Of a stretch of DNA of 53,538 nt, positions 37,472-46,407 are shown in pieces. Each line of letters starts with the position of its first letter. Position 1 is the stretch's first letter. Origin of the DNA: an uncultured Bacteroidales bacterium. Lineage in GTDB: Bacteria > Bacteroidota > Bacteroidia > Bacteroidales > P3. The position numbers and the translations under genes are program-made. Location of the stretch: assembly GCA_946613135.1 (NCBI GenBank), contig CAMOFI010000001.1, positions 1-53,538 of the forward strand, written 5' to 3'. The notes below the pieces were generated by a model. That model was not told the DNA's origin, did no database searches, and saw only the letters and a list, made by a program, of their open reading frames with translations.

Positions 37472-38641
37472 TTAGTGCAGGAATGCCAGCAGAATACCGG
37501 CGGCAACAGCCGAGCCTACAACGCCAGCGACGTTGGGACCCATCGCATGCTGGAGGAGGTAGTTGGTCTTGTCATACTCTAATCCGACATTGTTTGACAC
37601 ACGAGCGGCATCGGGTACTGCCGAAACGCCAGAGTTGCCAATAAGAGGATTGATTTTGTTGCCTTCCTTCAGGAAAAGGTTCATAAACTTGACGAACAAT
37701 ACTCCAAAGAATGTGGCAACAATGAACGATCCTGCTCCAAGCGCAAAAATCAGTACCGAACGACCTGTAAGGAACGTCGTGGCCTGCGTGGATGCTCCAA
37801 CAGTGATACCGATAAGGAGAGTACAGATATTGACTATTGCATTAGAAGCAACCTCCGAGAGACGCTTGGTAACGCCACACTCCTTCAACAGGTTACCAAA
37901 GAAAAGCATTCCGAGCAGAGGAAGGCCCGACGGCACTATGAAAGCACAGAAAATGAGTCCAAGAATCGGGAACGAAATCTTCTCGAGTTTTGTAACCTGA
38001 CGCGGAGGACGCATGCGTATGGTGCGCTCCTTCTTAGTTGTCAGCAGGCGCATGATGGGCGGCTGGATGACAGGCACAAGAGCCATATAAGAATATGCCG
38101 ACACAGCGATGGCACCCATCAAGTCAGGAGCAAGCTGAGAAGACAGGAAAATTGCTGTCGGGCCGTCTGCACCGCCAATAATACCGATAGCACCGGCCTC
38201 GTTAGGAGCAAATCCAAGAGCCAAAGCGCCCATGTATGCGGCGAAGATACCCACCTGAGCTGCAGCACCGATGAGCATAAGCTTTGGATTGCTGAGCATT
38301 GCCGAGAAGTCGGTCATTGCACCAATACCGAGGAATATGAGCGGAGGATACCATCCGTTCTGAACTCCATGGTAAAGGATATGAAGCACCGAACCATCTT
38401 CATAGATACCTATCTTTAGGCCTGGATAGAAAGGTATATTGCCCACTATCATACCAAATCCGATAGGAACGAGAAGCAGTGGCTCGAATTCCTTCTTGAT
38501 ACCCAAAAAGATGAATATCAAACCTATTAAAATCATTATTATGTGGCCCCACTCTACGTTGGCAAATCCTGTGTAGTGGAGAAACTGCACAAGTTGCGTA
38601 GACATAAAGTCCATGAAACCACCAGATGCTAAAATATTCAT
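37472..38641 (-). CDS. mmdB: sodium ion-translocating decarboxylase beta subunit
   Basis: 389 aa polytopic membrane protein. Typical OadB/MmdB sequence and operon context. Confidence 0.92.
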   Translation of the reverse strand: MNILASGGFMDFMSTQLVQFLHYTGFANVEWGHIIMILIGLIFIFLGIKKEFEPLLLVPIGFGMIVGNIPFYPGLKIGIYEDGSVLHILYHGVQNGWYPPLIFLGIGAMTDFSAMLSNPKLMLIGAAAQVGIFAAYMGALALGFAPNEAGAIGIIGGADGPTAIFLSSQLAPDLMGAIAVSAYSYMALVPVIQPPIMRLLTTKKERTIRMRPPRQVTKLEKISFPILGLIFCAFIVPSGLPLLGMLFFGNLLKECGVTKRLSEVASNAIVNICTLLIGITVGASTQATTFLTGRSVLIFALGAGSFIVATFFGVLFVKFMNLFLKEGNKINPLIGNSGVSAVPDAARVSNNVGLEYDKTNYLLQHAMGPNVAGVVGSAVAAGILLAFLH

Positions 38642-38674
38642 TTTAGGAAATTAATAATTAATAAACAAAAACAA

Positions 38675-39112
38675 TTAACCGATAACGACCATTACATCGC
38701 CTTCGAGCACCGAGTCGCCCTTTCTGACTTTGACTTCCTTGACGGTTCCATCAACATCGGCTTCGATGTTGTTTTCCATCTTCATAGCCTCGAGAAGGAC
38801 AACAGTCTGACCGGCCTTGACACTGTCGCCGACATTGACAAAGACATCAAGGATTGTTCCAGGCAGAGGGGTCGTAACCTTTGAACCCTTTGCTGCAGGA
38901 GAAGGCGAAGAAGTCTGTACGGCGCCGCCGGGTGCAGCACTGACACGCGGAGCTGTGCGGGTTGTCATGGTTACCTGTTTCTGTTTCAATTCCTTGTCAA
39001 CAGTAACCTTATATGGGGTTCCGTTTACGTCAAGTGATATTTCCTGGCCTTCGACCTCATTGATATCGACTGAATATTCAGTGCCGTTTATTTTAAATTT
39101 GAAATTTTTCAT
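38675..39112 (-). CDS. mmdC: biotin carboxyl carrier subunit of methylmalonyl-CoA decarboxylase
   Basis: 145 aa. Ala/Pro-rich linker followed by biotinyl-lysine motif EAMKMEN. Confidence 0.92.
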   Translation of the reverse strand: MKNFKFKINGTEYSVDINEVEGQEISLDVNGTPYKVTVDKELKQKQVTMTTRTAPRVSAAPGGAVQTSSPSPAAKGSKVTTPLPGTILDVFVNVGDSVKAGQTVVLLEAMKMENNIEADVDGTVKEVKVRKGDSVLEGDVMVVIG

Positions 39113-39126
39113 GTTTCTGATGGCTT

Positions 39127-40110
39127 TTATCTTTTGTTAATAAAATAACGGTTCATGTTGTAGAACTTGGCATTCCAGGGGGTCCAGGCGCGCTCCACTT
39201 TCTGAATTGTGATAACAGTGTTCTCGTCATCATGCATCTCTTCGTCATACATATAAATGGCAGCAGCTATAGCAGCATAGATTTCGCCTGAAGTCTGCGA
39301 GGCTGGAGTTGCAGAACTGTCTGTTGCCTTGGTGACACTTGAATTCTTGGCCTTACGATCTTGAGTCTTCATGATCAGCTTGCCATAGCCCTTCAGTATT
39401 AACGAGATGCAAAGCAGGGCGAGAAACACCACAGAAACTGCTACAACAGTAAGTCCAATACCGATTGGATCCGATTCGCGTATGCGGTCGGCTTGTTTAG
39501 GCACATGGTAATGGAGTCGTGTGCTGCGGCCCTCTCCGAGTTGCATGCCTTCTATTCCATCAGCAAGGCTGACAACATTGATATCGTAGCCCAGCTGGTT
39601 GCGTCCGAAAACTATCAGTTCATCCGGGAACACTTTGAAAGCATAGGAACAGCAATTGAAATCCAGTCGCTTTACAATATTTCCATTCATATCGCATACA
39701 GCGAGGTAAGACGAGTCTTTCTTTGCCGATGCAATAAACAGGACATAGCCGTCATAATAGCCTACGCTCTTGGGGCGCAAGACGTTGTCCAAGTCATGAC
39801 GTCCCTTGGATTCGTCGACAACAATTCGTATTGTAGAGTCGAAGTACATCTTTTCGCGACGAAAGACGAGATCAACGGTGTTGTCGATACTGTCGATGAC
39901 AACAAAGAGATCCTGATTACCGACATAGCACATAGGAACAGATACAAAATCAGTCACATCCACTCCTATGCCGCTTTGCGGATTGTTGGTCTCAAAATGT
40001 GTCAACACAGTGTCGGCAGGATCAGGCAGAGGATTCTGGGCAAGCGTGACGTTTGTGCAGAATGCAGCAATGAAGATGCCAGCCGTCAATGTTTTTAAAA
40101 ATATATTCAT
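39127..40110 (-). CDS. OadG-family (decarboxylase small membrane subunit-like) protein with a large extracytoplasmic N-terminal domain
   Basis: The ORF is open to 40158, but the ATG at 40110 gives a signal peptide (MNIFLKTLTAGIFIAAFC). A domain of about 200 aa is followed by a TM (IGLTVVAVSVVFLALLCISLIL) and an OadG-like tail EIYAAIAAAIYMY. Sits between mmdA and mmdC. Confidence 0.7.
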   Translation of the reverse strand: MNIFLKTLTAGIFIAAFCTNVTLAQNPLPDPADTVLTHFETNNPQSGIGVDVTDFVSVPMCYVGNQDLFVVIDSIDNTVDLVFRREKMYFDSTIRIVVDESKGRHDLDNVLRPKSVGYYDGYVLFIASAKKDSSYLAVCDMNGNIVKRLDFNCCSYAFKVFPDELIVFGRNQLGYDINVVSLADGIEGMQLGEGRSTRLHYHVPKQADRIRESDPIGIGLTVVAVSVVFLALLCISLILKGYGKLIMKTQDRKAKNSSVTKATDSSATPASQTSGEIYAAIAAAIYMYDEEMHDDENTVITIQKVERAWTPWNAKFYNMNRYFINKR

Positions 40111-40213
40111 AATAATAATATGTCTGTAATAATAAAACAAAACATCATTCCGGACCATCAGGTGCCGCTATGAAAAGCGGCACCTTCGTTCCGAAATAGC
40201 AAGAGCGGAACAA

Positions 40214-40573
40214 TTAATTCTTATGCTCACACTCTTTCTTACAGCCTTGGGCGTTGGCGCAACCTTCGCCTTCAGCTTTTTTGCAGCATTCGCCCTGTGC
40301 CTGATCTTTCTTGCAGCAGTTACCATCACCTTGGCAGGCGGGTTTCTGGTGGCAAGCGCTGCTGTCAGGGCAAGTGCAGTTTTCGCAGTTGGCAGCGAGG
40401 CAAACGCTGTCAGGGCATGTCATTTGGCAGTGCTTCATGCATTGCTCGGTCTGTTCCATAGTAGCACCTGTGGTGTCACATACAGAGTCGGTTGTTTCGG
40501 CGTTGCCATTGCATGATACCATTGCGAATGCGAAAGCGATTCCTAAGAATCCTGAAATTAAAACTTTTTTCAT
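40214..40573 (-). CDS. cysteine-rich lipoprotein (18 Cys in 119 aa), possible metal-binding protein
   Basis: ATG start. Lipobox AMVSC. The mature 99 aa contain 18 Cys including the lipidated one, with CxxxC, CxC and CC patterns (CMKHCQMTC, CENCTC, NCCKK, ECCKK) plus His residues. Confidence 0.7.
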   Translation of the reverse strand: MKKVLISGFLGIAFAFAMVSCNGNAETTDSVCDTTGATMEQTEQCMKHCQMTCPDSVCLAANCENCTCPDSSACHQKPACQGDGNCCKKDQAQGECCKKAEGEGCANAQGCKKECEHKN

Positions 40574-40781
40574 TTTTTTGTATTTAAATATTAGTAAAGC
40601 GGCTTGTTAAAAGATATTATTGAACCGTCGGATTATTTTCCGTAACGTTCAAAAAGTATCAAATGAATCTAACCTGTTTATTTGAATTTTGTTATTATTA
40701 TTTATTTCATTAATATGCATCTTTCAAGTATTCAAGGCCGATGGTTGTAATAAATAAAAGATTACAAATTAACTATGAAGA

Positions 40782-42341
40782 CTACAACGGGATGTTGCAG
40801 TGTTTTTTCATCGGCAGCGAATCCTTCTTTGTGGCAAGAGTCTGGAGGGCACGAATGACGCGGAAACGTGTGTTACGCGGCTCGATTACATCATCGATAT
40901 AGCCATATTTGGCAGCGTTGTAAGGATTTGCGAACTGGTCATTGTACTCTTTCTCTTTTTCGGCCATGAACTTGGCTTTCTCTTCGGGATCCGTGATTTC
41001 TTTCAAGGCACGTCCTTGAAGGACCTCCGTGGCACCGCTGGCACCCATAACTGCAATCTGTGCTGTAGGCCATGCGTAGTTGATGTCGCTGCGCAACTGC
41101 TTACATGACATAACGATATGGGCTCCTCCATATGATTTGCGAAGAGTTACCGTTACCTTGGGAACCGTAGCCTCGCCATAGGCAAAGAGGAACTTGGCTC
41201 CATGTGCGATAACACCGGCATACTCCTGACCCGTACCGGGAAGGAATCCAGGAACATCGACAAGGGTGACAATGGGAATATTGAATGCGTCGCAGAAACG
41301 GACAAAACGGGCACCTTTGCGGCTGCTGTTGCAGTCGAGGACGCCAGCCATCGACTTGGGCTGGTTGGCGACAACGCCTACCGAAACGCCTCCAAAGCGA
41401 GCGAAGCCGACAACGAGGTTGGGGGCAAATTTTTCATGCACTTCAAGGAATTTGCCATCATCGACAATAGCATGGATGATATCCTTGACATCGTAGGCCT
41501 GGTTGGGGTTCTCAGGGATAATGGTGTTGAGGCTGTCCTCGAGACGGTCGATAGGATCTTCTGTCGGCACATAAGGAGCCTCTTCAAAATTGTTGGAAGG
41601 AATATAGCTGACGATATCGCGGATAAGCTGAAGTGTAGCCTCTTCTGTCTCGCCGACAAAGTGAGCGACACCCGACTTGGTGGCATGTACCATTGCGCCA
41701 CCGAGTTTGTCGGTCGTAACATCCTCTCCGGTGACGGTCTTGACAACCTTCGGACCGGTAAGGAACATGTAGCTGTTCTCTTTAGACATGAGAATGAAGT
41801 CGGTAAGTGCAGGCGAATAGACCGAGCCGCCAGCGCAAGGGCCGAAGATAGCTGAAATCTGAGGAACGACTCCAGAAGCAAGAATGTTGCGTTCAAAGAT
41901 TTCTGCATATCCTGCCAATGAGTTGCAGCCTTCCTGAATACGGGCTCCACCAGAGTCGTTAAGGCCTATGACAGGTGCTCCGACCTTCATGGCCTGGTCC
42001 ATAACTTTGCAGATTTTGAGAGACATGGTTTCGGACAGAGAACCAGCAAAAACGGTAAAGTCCTGAGCGAAAACATACACCAGACGGCCATCGATGGTGC
42101 CGTAGCCTGTAACTACGCCATCACCGAGATAAGACTGCTTCTGCATGTCGAAATTTGTACAACGATGGGTAACGAACATGTCGAATTCCTCGAAAGAGCC
42201 TTCGTCGAGGAGCAGGGCAATACGTTCGCGGGCAGTGAGTTTGCCTTGTTCGTGCTGCTTGTCAATACGTTTTTGGCCGCCGCCCATCTTGGCTTCACTT
42301 CTCTTGTCGAGAAGTTCTTTTATTTTTTCTTCAAAAGCCAT
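40782..42341 (-). CDS. mmdA: methylmalonyl-CoA decarboxylase alpha subunit (acyl-CoA carboxyltransferase)
   Basis: 519 aa. Carboxyltransferase family sequence throughout (GGARIQEG ..., [14 protein letters not shown]). Confidence 0.93.
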   Translation of the reverse strand: MAFEEKIKELLDKRSEAKMGGGQKRIDKQHEQGKLTARERIALLLDEGSFEEFDMFVTHRCTNFDMQKQSYLGDGVVTGYGTIDGRLVYVFAQDFTVFAGSLSETMSLKICKVMDQAMKVGAPVIGLNDSGGARIQEGCNSLAGYAEIFERNILASGVVPQISAIFGPCAGGSVYSPALTDFILMSKENSYMFLTGPKVVKTVTGEDVTTDKLGGAMVHATKSGVAHFVGETEEATLQLIRDIVSYIPSNNFEEAPYVPTEDPIDRLEDSLNTIIPENPNQAYDVKDIIHAIVDDGKFLEVHEKFAPNLVVGFARFGGVSVGVVANQPKSMAGVLDCNSSRKGARFVRFCDAFNIPIVTLVDVPGFLPGTGQEYAGVIAHGAKFLFAYGEATVPKVTVTLRKSYGGAHIVMSCKQLRSDINYAWPTAQIAVMGASGATEVLQGRALKEITDPEEKAKFMAEKEKEYNDQFANPYNAAKYGYIDDVIEPRNTRFRVIRALQTLATKKDSLPMKKHCNIPL

Positions 42342-42425
42342 TATTTGAACTGTTTGTTGGTTTATATTGTGAGGCTTCCCGTTGCTCTTAGCGGCATTGG
42401 TAGACCCCGAAAATTCTTAATCGGT

Positions 42426-42833
42426 TTATTTGCAGCAGAGTTCTGTAAGAACACCAAGTGTGCTTTTGGGATGGAGGAATCCGATATGGAGGCCTTCTGC
42501 ACCGCCACGCGACTGCTGGTCGATAAGACGGACGCCTTTCTCCTTGCACTCATTCAGAGCTTCGTCAGTGTTTTCGACTGCAAAGGCGATATGATGCATT
42601 CCGCCCTTGCCACCGTTTTTTTCAATAAATGAAGCTATGGTGCTTTCCGGACATGTAGGTTCCAGGAGCTCGATTTTGACATCCCCGATTTTGAAGAATG
42701 CAGTTTTCACCTTCTGGTCTACTACCTCCTCAATGGCATAGCATTTGAGGCCCATAACATTTTCCCAATACTTGATAGCTTCTTCCAAATTGGTAACAGC
42801 AATACCAATGTGTTCAATGTGTGATGGTGTCAT
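42426..42833 (-). CDS. mce: methylmalonyl-CoA epimerase (VOC family)
   Basis: 135 aa. HIGIAV... and GGMHHIAF metal-ligand segments. First gene of the mmd cluster. Confidence 0.9.
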   Translation of the reverse strand: MTPSHIEHIGIAVTNLEEAIKYWENVMGLKCYAIEEVVDQKVKTAFFKIGDVKIELLEPTCPESTIASFIEKNGGKGGMHHIAFAVENTDEALNECKEKGVRLIDQQSRGGAEGLHIGFLHPKSTLGVLTELCCK

Positions 42834-42940
42834 AATTGTTTATTATTTATTATATTATTTTAGATTTTCGTTATTCAAAAAAAGCACAATCTACAATCAT
42901 ATTGCTCACAATCAGCAACATGACACAAAAGTGTGATTTA

Positions 42941-42948
42941 CAAAAATA
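42941..42948 (-). promoter_or_regulatory. candidate -7 promoter element (TATTTTTG on minus strand) for the mce-mmd operon
   Basis: Plus strand reads CAAAAATA, about 108 nt upstream of the mce ATG. Confidence 0.3.
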
Positions 42949-42981
42949 CAACAACAATTTGGAATGGCAAAATATTTTTTT

Positions 42982-44397
42982 TCAGAGGCCTATTTTCTGG
43001 TGTCTCACGTCAACATTAATAGCATCCAATGTGCCGATAATCAGAAAATAGCGTTTGCGTTCTGGAGCCTTGATGAAAAAGTTGTCTGCCGGATATGACG
43101 CCGGTACACGGTCATCGACGACCAATACTCCCCTCTCGTCGTACAAACGGACCTGAATTCCTTCCAATTGACGGGCTTTTGTGATGCAAACAATTCTACC
43201 GTCAATAGATATCCATTCCGCCGGATCGATATCGCCAATCAGATGTTCGACATCGACCTCCACGTTGTCGTACATAGAATTTGATGGCAGCTCGTCAAAA
43301 CGCTGACGGAATTGTTCTTCGGGCAGGTAGACTGTGTCGTGGATGTAGACTGTGTCGTGGATGTAGACAACCTCCTGGACAAGAGGATCTATGGGGCATC
43401 CTGCAACATAGGAAACATTCTTGAAAATACGTCCGACAGCAGAATTAGTATATGTCTGCAGGCTTCCACAAGGAATGGTCACCCTCGTAGTACTGTCTCC
43501 TCCGAAGAAAGGGGCATCGTCGAGTATCGGTGGATTAGCAGACGAAAAGTCAAGCGATCGAAATCGGCAATAGGCGAATGCGTTGGATTTGATTATTGCA
43601 AGTTTTTCAGGGAAAACAATATCCAAGACGGATGTGCATCCAGCAAATGCATACTGACCAATTATAGTAACCTGCGAATCGTCGCCGGCAAACTCGACGG
43701 AGCTGAGACCTGAAAAATTAAAACATAGGAACTGTGGCACGACAGTGACTTTAGAGCCAAAAGTAATACTGGCATGTCCTTTGTTCGCATAGAAAAGGCT
43801 CTGCATTGACGACGGCTGTTCGGCAAGAAAAACAATATTTTTGACATTAGGCACGCTGCTGAACGCGAAAGGATTGATACACCTTGCTGTCGGACCTACA
43901 ACAATACTGTCGATTGCGCCACATCCCTCCATGCAGTTGTACGATATCTGCACACTATCACTATTGACAACAACTGTCTGAAGGTCCGGACAGTCCGCAA
44001 ACGCTGCATCGCCGATGTTTGTGACTGTTGTCGGAACAGTTACCGATACCAAGCCTTCGCACCCGGCAAAAGCCCTTGATGCTATCTCGGTGACGACATA
44101 CTTGTCGCCGTCATATGAGACCTCCGTGGGCAGGACCAGCCTTATGGACTGCTCTTTTTTTCTATTCCACACGCCATGACCATCGTCGCAACTGTTTATT
44201 CCAATCGCCACAGCACCTCTGTTGTCCACAGTCTTATTGCCGTGGATATTCTTATTTGTAGGCAATTGATGTGGAGAATGCAATATTGTAAAGCAATATG
44301 TGGTACCCTCAATCACCTTCTTGAAATCTGCAGCATGCAACGGAAGTGCGATTGCAACCAGGAGAACAAACAGCAGTATTTTCATTGGCTTACGCAT
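42982..44397 (-). CDS. BspA-like leucine-rich repeat surface protein, possible T9SS C-terminal sorting domain
   Basis: The ORF is open to 44460, but that overlaps dxs. The ATG at 44397 (MRKPMKILLFVLLVAIALPLHA) gives a signal peptide. Repeated xxAFxxCxxLxSVxxP units (LRR_5 type). The C-terminal roughly 80 aa (IQVRLYDERGVLVV...YFLIIG) resemble a Por/T9SS tail. Confidence 0.8.
   Translation of the reverse strand: MRKPMKILLFVLLVAIALPLHAADFKKVIEGTTYCFTILHSPHQLPTNKNIHGNKTVDNRGAVAIGINSCDDGHGVWNRKKEQSIRLVLPTEVSYDGDKYVVTEIASRAFAGCEGLVSVTVPTTVTNIGDAAFADCPDLQTVVVNSDSVQISYNCMEGCGAIDSIVVGPTARCINPFAFSSVPNVKNIVFLAEQPSSMQSLFYANKGHASITFGSKVTVVPQFLCFNFSGLSSVEFAGDDSQVTIIGQYAFAGCTSVLDIVFPEKLAIIKSNAFAYCRFRSLDFSSANPPILDDAPFFGGDSTTRVTIPCGSLQTYTNSAVGRIFKNVSYVAGCPIDPLVQEVVYIHDTVYIHDTVYLPEEQFRQRFDELPSNSMYDNVEVDVEHLIGDIDPAEWISIDGRIVCITKARQLEGIQVRLYDERGVLVVDDRVPASYPADNFFIKAPERKRYFLIIGTLDAINVDVRHQKIGL
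43327..43368. repeat. perfect 18-bp tandem repeat (2.3 copies) inside the LRR gene
   Basis: GTAGACTGTGTCGTGGAT occurs at 43327-43344 and 43345-43362, followed by a partial GTAGAC. It encodes the in-frame duplication YIHDTVYIHDTVY. Confidence 0.95.
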
Positions 44398-44405
44398 TGT
44401 AAGGT

Positions 44406-46310
44406 CTATGACAGAATGTTTTGCAAGGTAGCCAATATGGATTCGGCATCGATGCCACATTCGTGACGCAACTGACCAACGGTGCCATGCATGATAAACC
44501 TGTCGGGGATACCCAGTCGGGTAATTTCCGGAAGCGGATATGACTCATCAGAGGACCTACGTTGCTGGTAGTATTCGACAACGGCACTGCCAAAACCACC
44601 CTCGAGGCATCCGTCTTCGACGGTGACGACATGCCGAAATTGCCGTGCCACATTGTCGAGCAAATCAGTATCTATAGGTTTGACGAAGCGCATATCATAT
44701 TGTCCGACAGAGATTCCCTGTTTCGACAATTCCTCACGTGCCCTGGCTGCCTCGTTGCCTATATGTCCTATCGTCAGCAGAGCCACGTTTTTGCCCTCTG
44801 CAACACAGCGTCCCTTGCCTATGGGAAGCCTCTGCATCGGGTTTTTCCAATCTGAATGTACTGATGCCCCTCGCGGATAGCGGATAACAAAGGGTCCGCT
44901 GTCGTCGGCTTGAGCAGTGAACATCATATTACGAAGCTCGTGTTCGTCCATCGGTGCACATATCGTGAGATTCGGCACCATTCGCAATGCTGCCATATCA
45001 AACGCCCCGTGGTGTGTCGAACCGTCCTCGCCCACCAGTCCTGCCCTATCAAGACACATAACCACATGAAGTTTTTGCAAAGCCACATCATGGATTACCT
45101 GATCATAGGCACGCTGCATAAACGACGAATAGATGTTGCAAAAAGGAACCATGCCCTGTGCTGCAAGGCCCGCAGCGAACGTGACAGCATGCTGCTCGGC
45201 TATACCCACATCGAATGCCCTGTCGGGCATCTGTTCCATCATCATGTTCAACGAACACCCTGTAGGCATTGCCGGTGTAATACCGACAATTTTTTTGTTC
45301 TGCTCGGCCAGTTCGACGATTGTATGACCGAAAACGTCCTGGTATTTGGGCGGCTGATTGTCCGATTCTTTATTCAGTTGCACACCCGTTTCGGCATCGA
45401 ATCGACCGGGGGCATGATATGTGACAGGGTTGTTTTCGGCCGCTTTGAGGCCTTTGCCTTTGGTAGTGACTATGTGCAGAAGTTTCGGTCCTTTCAGGCG
45501 CTTGAGCTGGTCGAGAGTCTCGACGAGCTGACGAGTATCGTGGCCATCGATAGGACCAAAATAACGGAAACCAAGGCTTTCGAACAAGTTTGCTCCATCG
45601 AGCAACGAGGATTTGAGAGCGGCAAGTGTCTTTGAGAAAAAATTCCTGCTGCGCGACCGGCCTTTGTCGCCGCCTGTTTTGCGCCACACACGCTCTTTGA
45701 GGTCGTTGTATTGCCTCGACGCTGTAATCTTGACAAGGTAGCGGCTTAGACCGCCAACGGCTTTGTCGATAGAAATCCCGTTGTCATTGAGGACCACAAT
45801 AATGTTGGCTTTCGACACGCCAGCATTGTTAAGGGCCTCGAAAGCTTCGCCGCCCGTAAGCGAGCCATCACCTATAACGGCGATATGCTGTCTGTCGACG
45901 TTGCCCTGCAGCTTTGATGCCATTGCCATGCCGAGGGCTGCTGAAATCGAGGTCGACGAGTGTCCTGTGCCAAAGGCATCGTATGGGCTTTCTTCCATTT
46001 TAGGGAAACCGCTGATGCCGCCATAGGTGCGGATTGTCGGAAAAGCGTCGCGGCGCCCGGTCAGAATCTTGTGGGCGTAGGCCTGATGTCCCACATCAAA
46101 GATGACTTTGTCGTCAGGTGTATTGAATACATAGTGTAGTGCTATGCACAACTCGACAGTGCCAAGTGAAGAGGCCAGATGGCCCGGGTGGTGAGCAAGT
46201 GTATCAATAATATAGTTGCGCAGTTCCAAAGCCAGCTGCGGAAGGTCGGAGACAGGCAGATGGCGAAGATCCTGTGGGTTGGAAATATTTTCTAATACGA
46301 CACCATTCAT
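44406..46310 (-). CDS. dxs: 1-deoxy-D-xylulose-5-phosphate synthase
   Basis: 634 aa. Motifs GHQAYAHKILTGRR and the TPP motif GDGSLTGGEAFEALNN. Confidence 0.97.
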   Translation of the reverse strand: MNGVVLENISNPQDLRHLPVSDLPQLALELRNYIIDTLAHHPGHLASSLGTVELCIALHYVFNTPDDKVIFDVGHQAYAHKILTGRRDAFPTIRTYGGISGFPKMEESPYDAFGTGHSSTSISAALGMAMASKLQGNVDRQHIAVIGDGSLTGGEAFEALNNAGVSKANIIVVLNDNGISIDKAVGGLSRYLVKITASRQYNDLKERVWRKTGGDKGRSRSRNFFSKTLAALKSSLLDGANLFESLGFRYFGPIDGHDTRQLVETLDQLKRLKGPKLLHIVTTKGKGLKAAENNPVTYHAPGRFDAETGVQLNKESDNQPPKYQDVFGHTIVELAEQNKKIVGITPAMPTGCSLNMMMEQMPDRAFDVGIAEQHAVTFAAGLAAQGMVPFCNIYSSFMQRAYDQVIHDVALQKLHVVMCLDRAGLVGEDGSTHHGAFDMAALRMVPNLTICAPMDEHELRNMMFTAQADDSGPFVIRYPRGASVHSDWKNPMQRLPIGKGRCVAEGKNVALLTIGHIGNEAARAREELSKQGISVGQYDMRFVKPIDTDLLDNVARQFRHVVTVEDGCLEGGFGSAVVEYYQQRRSSDESYPLPEITRLGIPDRFIMHGTVGQLRHECGIDAESILATLQNILS

Positions 46311-46407
46311 TACAAGTTTGCAGTTATAAGTGTGTATGTTTGATTGTTAATTTGTCTGATTGTCTTTTGTTATAGCCTATGGCAGGGGAAAAATACCATT
46401 AAATGTT

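Noticed and set aside
39127-40158. The full 343-aa ORF for the OadG-like protein, and likewise the 492-aa version of the LRR protein (to 44460).
   Set aside because: The extended N-termini (MVRNDVLFYYYRHIII..., MWHRCRIHIGYLAKHSVIDLT...) precede obvious signal peptides that begin at internal ATGs (40110, 44397). The LRR extension would also overlap the 3' end of dxs. The shorter versions are used.
40160-40185. 9-bp hairpin AGGTGCCGC/GCGGCACCT, plus a second 6-bp hairpin at about 40187-40210, downstream of the Cys-rich gene, as a terminator splitting the mmd operon.
   Set aside because: On the minus strand the hairpin is not followed directly by a T-tract. The nearest T-rich run is about 18 nt away. 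The downstream genes (OadG-like, mmdC, mmdB) need expression with mmdA. It may attenuate or stabilise mRNA, but I cannot support a terminator call.
40214-40573. The Cys-rich ORF as a RiPP or bacteriocin precursor.
   Set aside because: It has a classical lipoprotein signal peptide and lipobox rather than a leader with a double-Gly or similar cleavage site. No modification enzyme, protease-transporter or immunity genes are nearby. A metal-binding or redox lipoprotein is the simpler reading.
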